Below are positions 37,289 through 39,307 of a stretch of DNA of 39,307 bases, piece after piece. Numbering within the stretch: position 1 is the first letter of the stretch; each line of letters begins with the position of its first letter. The DNA is taken from positions 1 to 39,307 of IMG/VR virus record IMGVR_UViG_3300020712_000011. One strand, given 5' to 3'. The notes beneath the pieces were generated by a model that did no database searches, had not been told where the DNA came from, and saw nothing but the letters and a program-made list of their open reading frames with translations. This DNA is from a virus (Duplodnaviria > Caudoviricetes). The position numbers and the translations under genes are program-made.

Positions 37289-37471
37289 ATGGCGGTGACC
37301 CAAGGGGGAGCCTTTGGTAATAAAACTCTTACCAATATACCTGCACAAACTCCCCCTCAAGTCGTTTCAACCACCCGCATATATCTACCAGATGCCAACG
37401 GCATCAACCTTAATAACGCTGATACGCAAAGCCCTATTGCCTTTTCTACAACTTCCAATACTCAGCAATGA
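37289..37471 (+). CDS. Small hypothetical protein
   Basis: ATGA overlap with the next gene. Confidence 0.45.
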   Translation: MAVTQGGAFGNKTLTNIPAQTPPQVVSTTRIYLPDANGINLNNADTQSPIAFSTTSNTQQ

Positions 37472-38388
37472 GCACTTCCAACCTAGCCCATCAACTTGTA
37501 GTCATTGATTACCATTCAAGTTTTTATGGTTCTGGCACAAGGGCTTTCTACAATGGCGGTGTTTTGGTTTATGCCAAAATCGCAAGCGTTACTTCACAAA
37601 CTACTTTTGGTACAACATCTACCGCAGTTCGCAAACCTCAAGCCCAAGATTCAACGGCAATTACCTTTGGAACAACTTCAACTGCCAAGAAAATTCAAAG
37701 CCCATCAACTAGCCCTAGCACTACTTTTACCACAACCGTTACTGCAAAACTCACCAAATCAGTTCAAGTAAGTTTTGCTATTACCGAATCAACAACTGCA
37801 ACTGCCAAGAAAACTCAAACCGTTGCAACCACTTTTCCAATTACAGTTACTGGAAATGTAACCGTCAGGAGAAATCTCAGCACCGGAACTTCCCTGCCGA
37901 TCACGGTAAATAGAACTCCAACTACAGCTTCCCTCTATCACCCACAAGTCACCTTTACGATTACCGCTGGTACAACTTCAGCTGCCAACAAATTCAAAAT
38001 GGCTCAAACCACTTTGGGCGTAACTGCCACCACTACGCAAACCGCTAAAAAGGTAATGGGAATTGCTACCAATTTGGCAATTACCGCTAACCGCACCTCT
38101 CAAGCAGGGCGCGTTATCAATGCCCTTGCCAACCTTGCTATTTCTACCGCGTTGCTCACAACAGTCAAAAAGTCGAACCCGATTACCGACCATAAGATTG
38201 TTGCCTACTCTGAGGTTTCCCCAACCCTTTGGGTGGATACAACAGGTGATATTTTCTGGTCTGCCCAGATGGGCGATCAACTCAATTACGCCGCAGTTAT
38301 TCAAGATAAGAGGCGAACTGCTATCCTTGGCACAAGGCTTTGGTCGGCTTTAATCTCCAATAGGCTCTGGAACGGACAAACCCAATGA
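37468..38388 (+). CDS. Thr-rich fibre-like protein with ~20-aa repeats
   Basis: Recurrent (L/F)xIT...T.TAKK units every 20 aa. Confidence 0.65.
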   Translation: MSTSNLAHQLVVIDYHSSFYGSGTRAFYNGGVLVYAKIASVTSQTTFGTTSTAVRKPQAQDSTAITFGTTSTAKKIQSPSTSPSTTFTTTVTAKLTKSVQVSFAITESTTATAKKTQTVATTFPITVTGNVTVRRNLSTGTSLPITVNRTPTTASLYHPQVTFTITAGTTSAANKFKMAQTTLGVTATTTQTAKKVMGIATNLAITANRTSQAGRVINALANLAISTALLTTVKKSNPITDHKIVAYSEVSPTLWVDTTGDIFWSAQMGDQLNYAAVIQDKRRTAILGTRLWSALISNRLWNGQTQ

Positions 38389-38678
38389 CAAATGTGTACC
38401 CACTAGGTAGCGTTGAATTTCAACCTATTCTCGTTACCCGCGATAATGTGGTCATTACTTCTGGCGTTTCCTTTGCCGTTATATCGCTTAATACTGCCCC
38501 TAAGAGTAGCGATTGGTTCTCAGCCACAGTCTTACCTACCGCAGCCTATCCAAGCGGTGCTACGGGCTTCCTGACAGGTTCTTATGGGGCTGGAACTTGG
38601 GCAGTATGGGCGCAGGTTTCCGATTCCCCAGAAACTCCAATTATCAATTGCGGGACTTTTCAAGTATCCTCACTTTAG
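38385..38678 (+). CDS. Small Ig-like virion protein
   Basis: G.W.VWAQV.D.PETP motif. Confidence 0.55.
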   Translation: MTNVYPLGSVEFQPILVTRDNVVITSGVSFAVISLNTAPKSSDWFSATVLPTAAYPSGATGFLTGSYGAGTWAVWAQVSDSPETPIINCGTFQVSSL

Positions 38679-38693
38679 TCGTAGAGATTCGAG

Positions 38694-38722
38694 AAATCCC
38701 CTCAGAAATGGGGGGATTTTTT
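38694..38722 (+). terminator. Rho-independent terminator ending the late operon
   Basis: AAATCCCCTCA-GAAA-TGGGGGGATTT followed by T-run. Confidence 0.8.
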
Positions 38723-38791
38723 ATTGCCCAAATGCTTCACAAATTCATTTAATCTGTTACGCTCTGTTCAACCAATAGAAAGGGTTGAACT

Positions 38792-39052
38792 ATGAAAGAT
38801 AAGGTTGAGGAAATCCTCAAAGAACGGCAACTGCAATACGGCGATGCAGAGGTTAATTTCGCCACCGTTGGTCGTATCTGGGGTGCGCTTACCCATCAAG
38901 ACGATTTAAGTCCCGTTGAAGTGGCAACCTTTATGATCGCATGGAAAATGGCGAGAGCGTTTGCCAACCCATCACACGAAGATTCTTGGCACGATCTTGC
39001 TGGTTATGTCACTCTTGCCACCGAAATCGCTTCCCAACTTTGGGAGGCTTAA
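38792..39052 (+). CDS. DUF6378-like phage protein
   Basis: ER..QYG...NF...W...K.AR...H.DSW.D.AGY. Confidence 0.8.
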   Translation: MKDKVEEILKERQLQYGDAEVNFATVGRIWGALTHQDDLSPVEVATFMIAWKMARAFANPSHEDSWHDLAGYVTLATEIASQLWEA

Positions 39053-39055
39053 CCG

Positions 39056-39298
39056 ATGAGCCTTGTAGATGATCTCGATAATGATGAATTATTCCGTCAC
39101 ACTAACGGCGGTAAATGTACCTTTTGCGTATTTCTTAAAAATCTTGATAAAGCCTCACTTGCTAAGATAAATGAAAGATTGGCTAGGGAAGATACAACAA
39201 GTGCTTCCATTGCTAGAATTCTTAAAAAGAACGGCATTGAAATTAAGGAAGGCGTAATTTCACGCCATCGGCGCGGAGATTGTGCGGGTGCCAAGTGA
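39056..39298 (+). CDS. Small HTH/Zn protein
   Basis: CxxC...IARIL...RHRRG.C. Confidence 0.6.
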   Translation: MSLVDDLDNDELFRHTNGGKCTFCVFLKNLDKASLAKINERLAREDTTSASIARILKKNGIEIKEGVISRHRRGDCAGAK

Positions 39299-39307
39299 GC
39301 CTAGAAG

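Larger units (their letters stand above)
1..39307. mobile_element. Tailed bacteriophage genome (Caudoviricetes, probable actinophage, podovirus-like), nearly complete and circularly permuted
   Basis: Terminase-portal-scaffold-capsid-tail-lysis genes plus phage recombination genes; no host housekeeping genes; no integrase seen. Confidence 0.95.

Overview
Near-complete (~39 kb), circularly permuted genome of a tailed dsDNA phage, probably podovirus-like because no tape-measure gene is recognisable. The host is most likely a low-GC actinobacterium such as freshwater acI-type (inferred from WhiB, an Rpf/SLT-like muralytic enzyme and actinophage-type SSAP/Cas4/resolvase). Layout: (i) 38.8 kb through the window end and 1-8.0 kb, rightward DNA-metabolism genes: metallophosphoesterase, N4/N6 methyltransferase, Rad52-like SSAP, Cas4-like nuclease, WhiB, resolvase, SLT and SSB. 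(ii) 8.2-10.9 kb, a leftward anti-defence-like operon with ArdA, a beta-clamp-like protein and an acidic protein. Its oligonucleotide composition is strikingly different, and it contains two anticodon-less tRNA-like intergenic elements. (iii) 10.9-11.8 kb, a non-coding, repeat- and structure-rich region, probably the physical genome end. (iv) 12.4-38.7 kb, terminase with a class 3 LAGLIDADG intein, portal, internal virion proteins, scaffold, a major capsid protein with an inserted domain, tail, lysis genes and a second structural module. The best candidate for an undescribed system is the first-injected 'leading region': a CA/TG-depleted, palindrome-rich sequence with tRNA-mimic elements, bracketed by TAGAC-N15-GTCTAA sites. 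All product calls come from motif recognition by eye; no searches were run.
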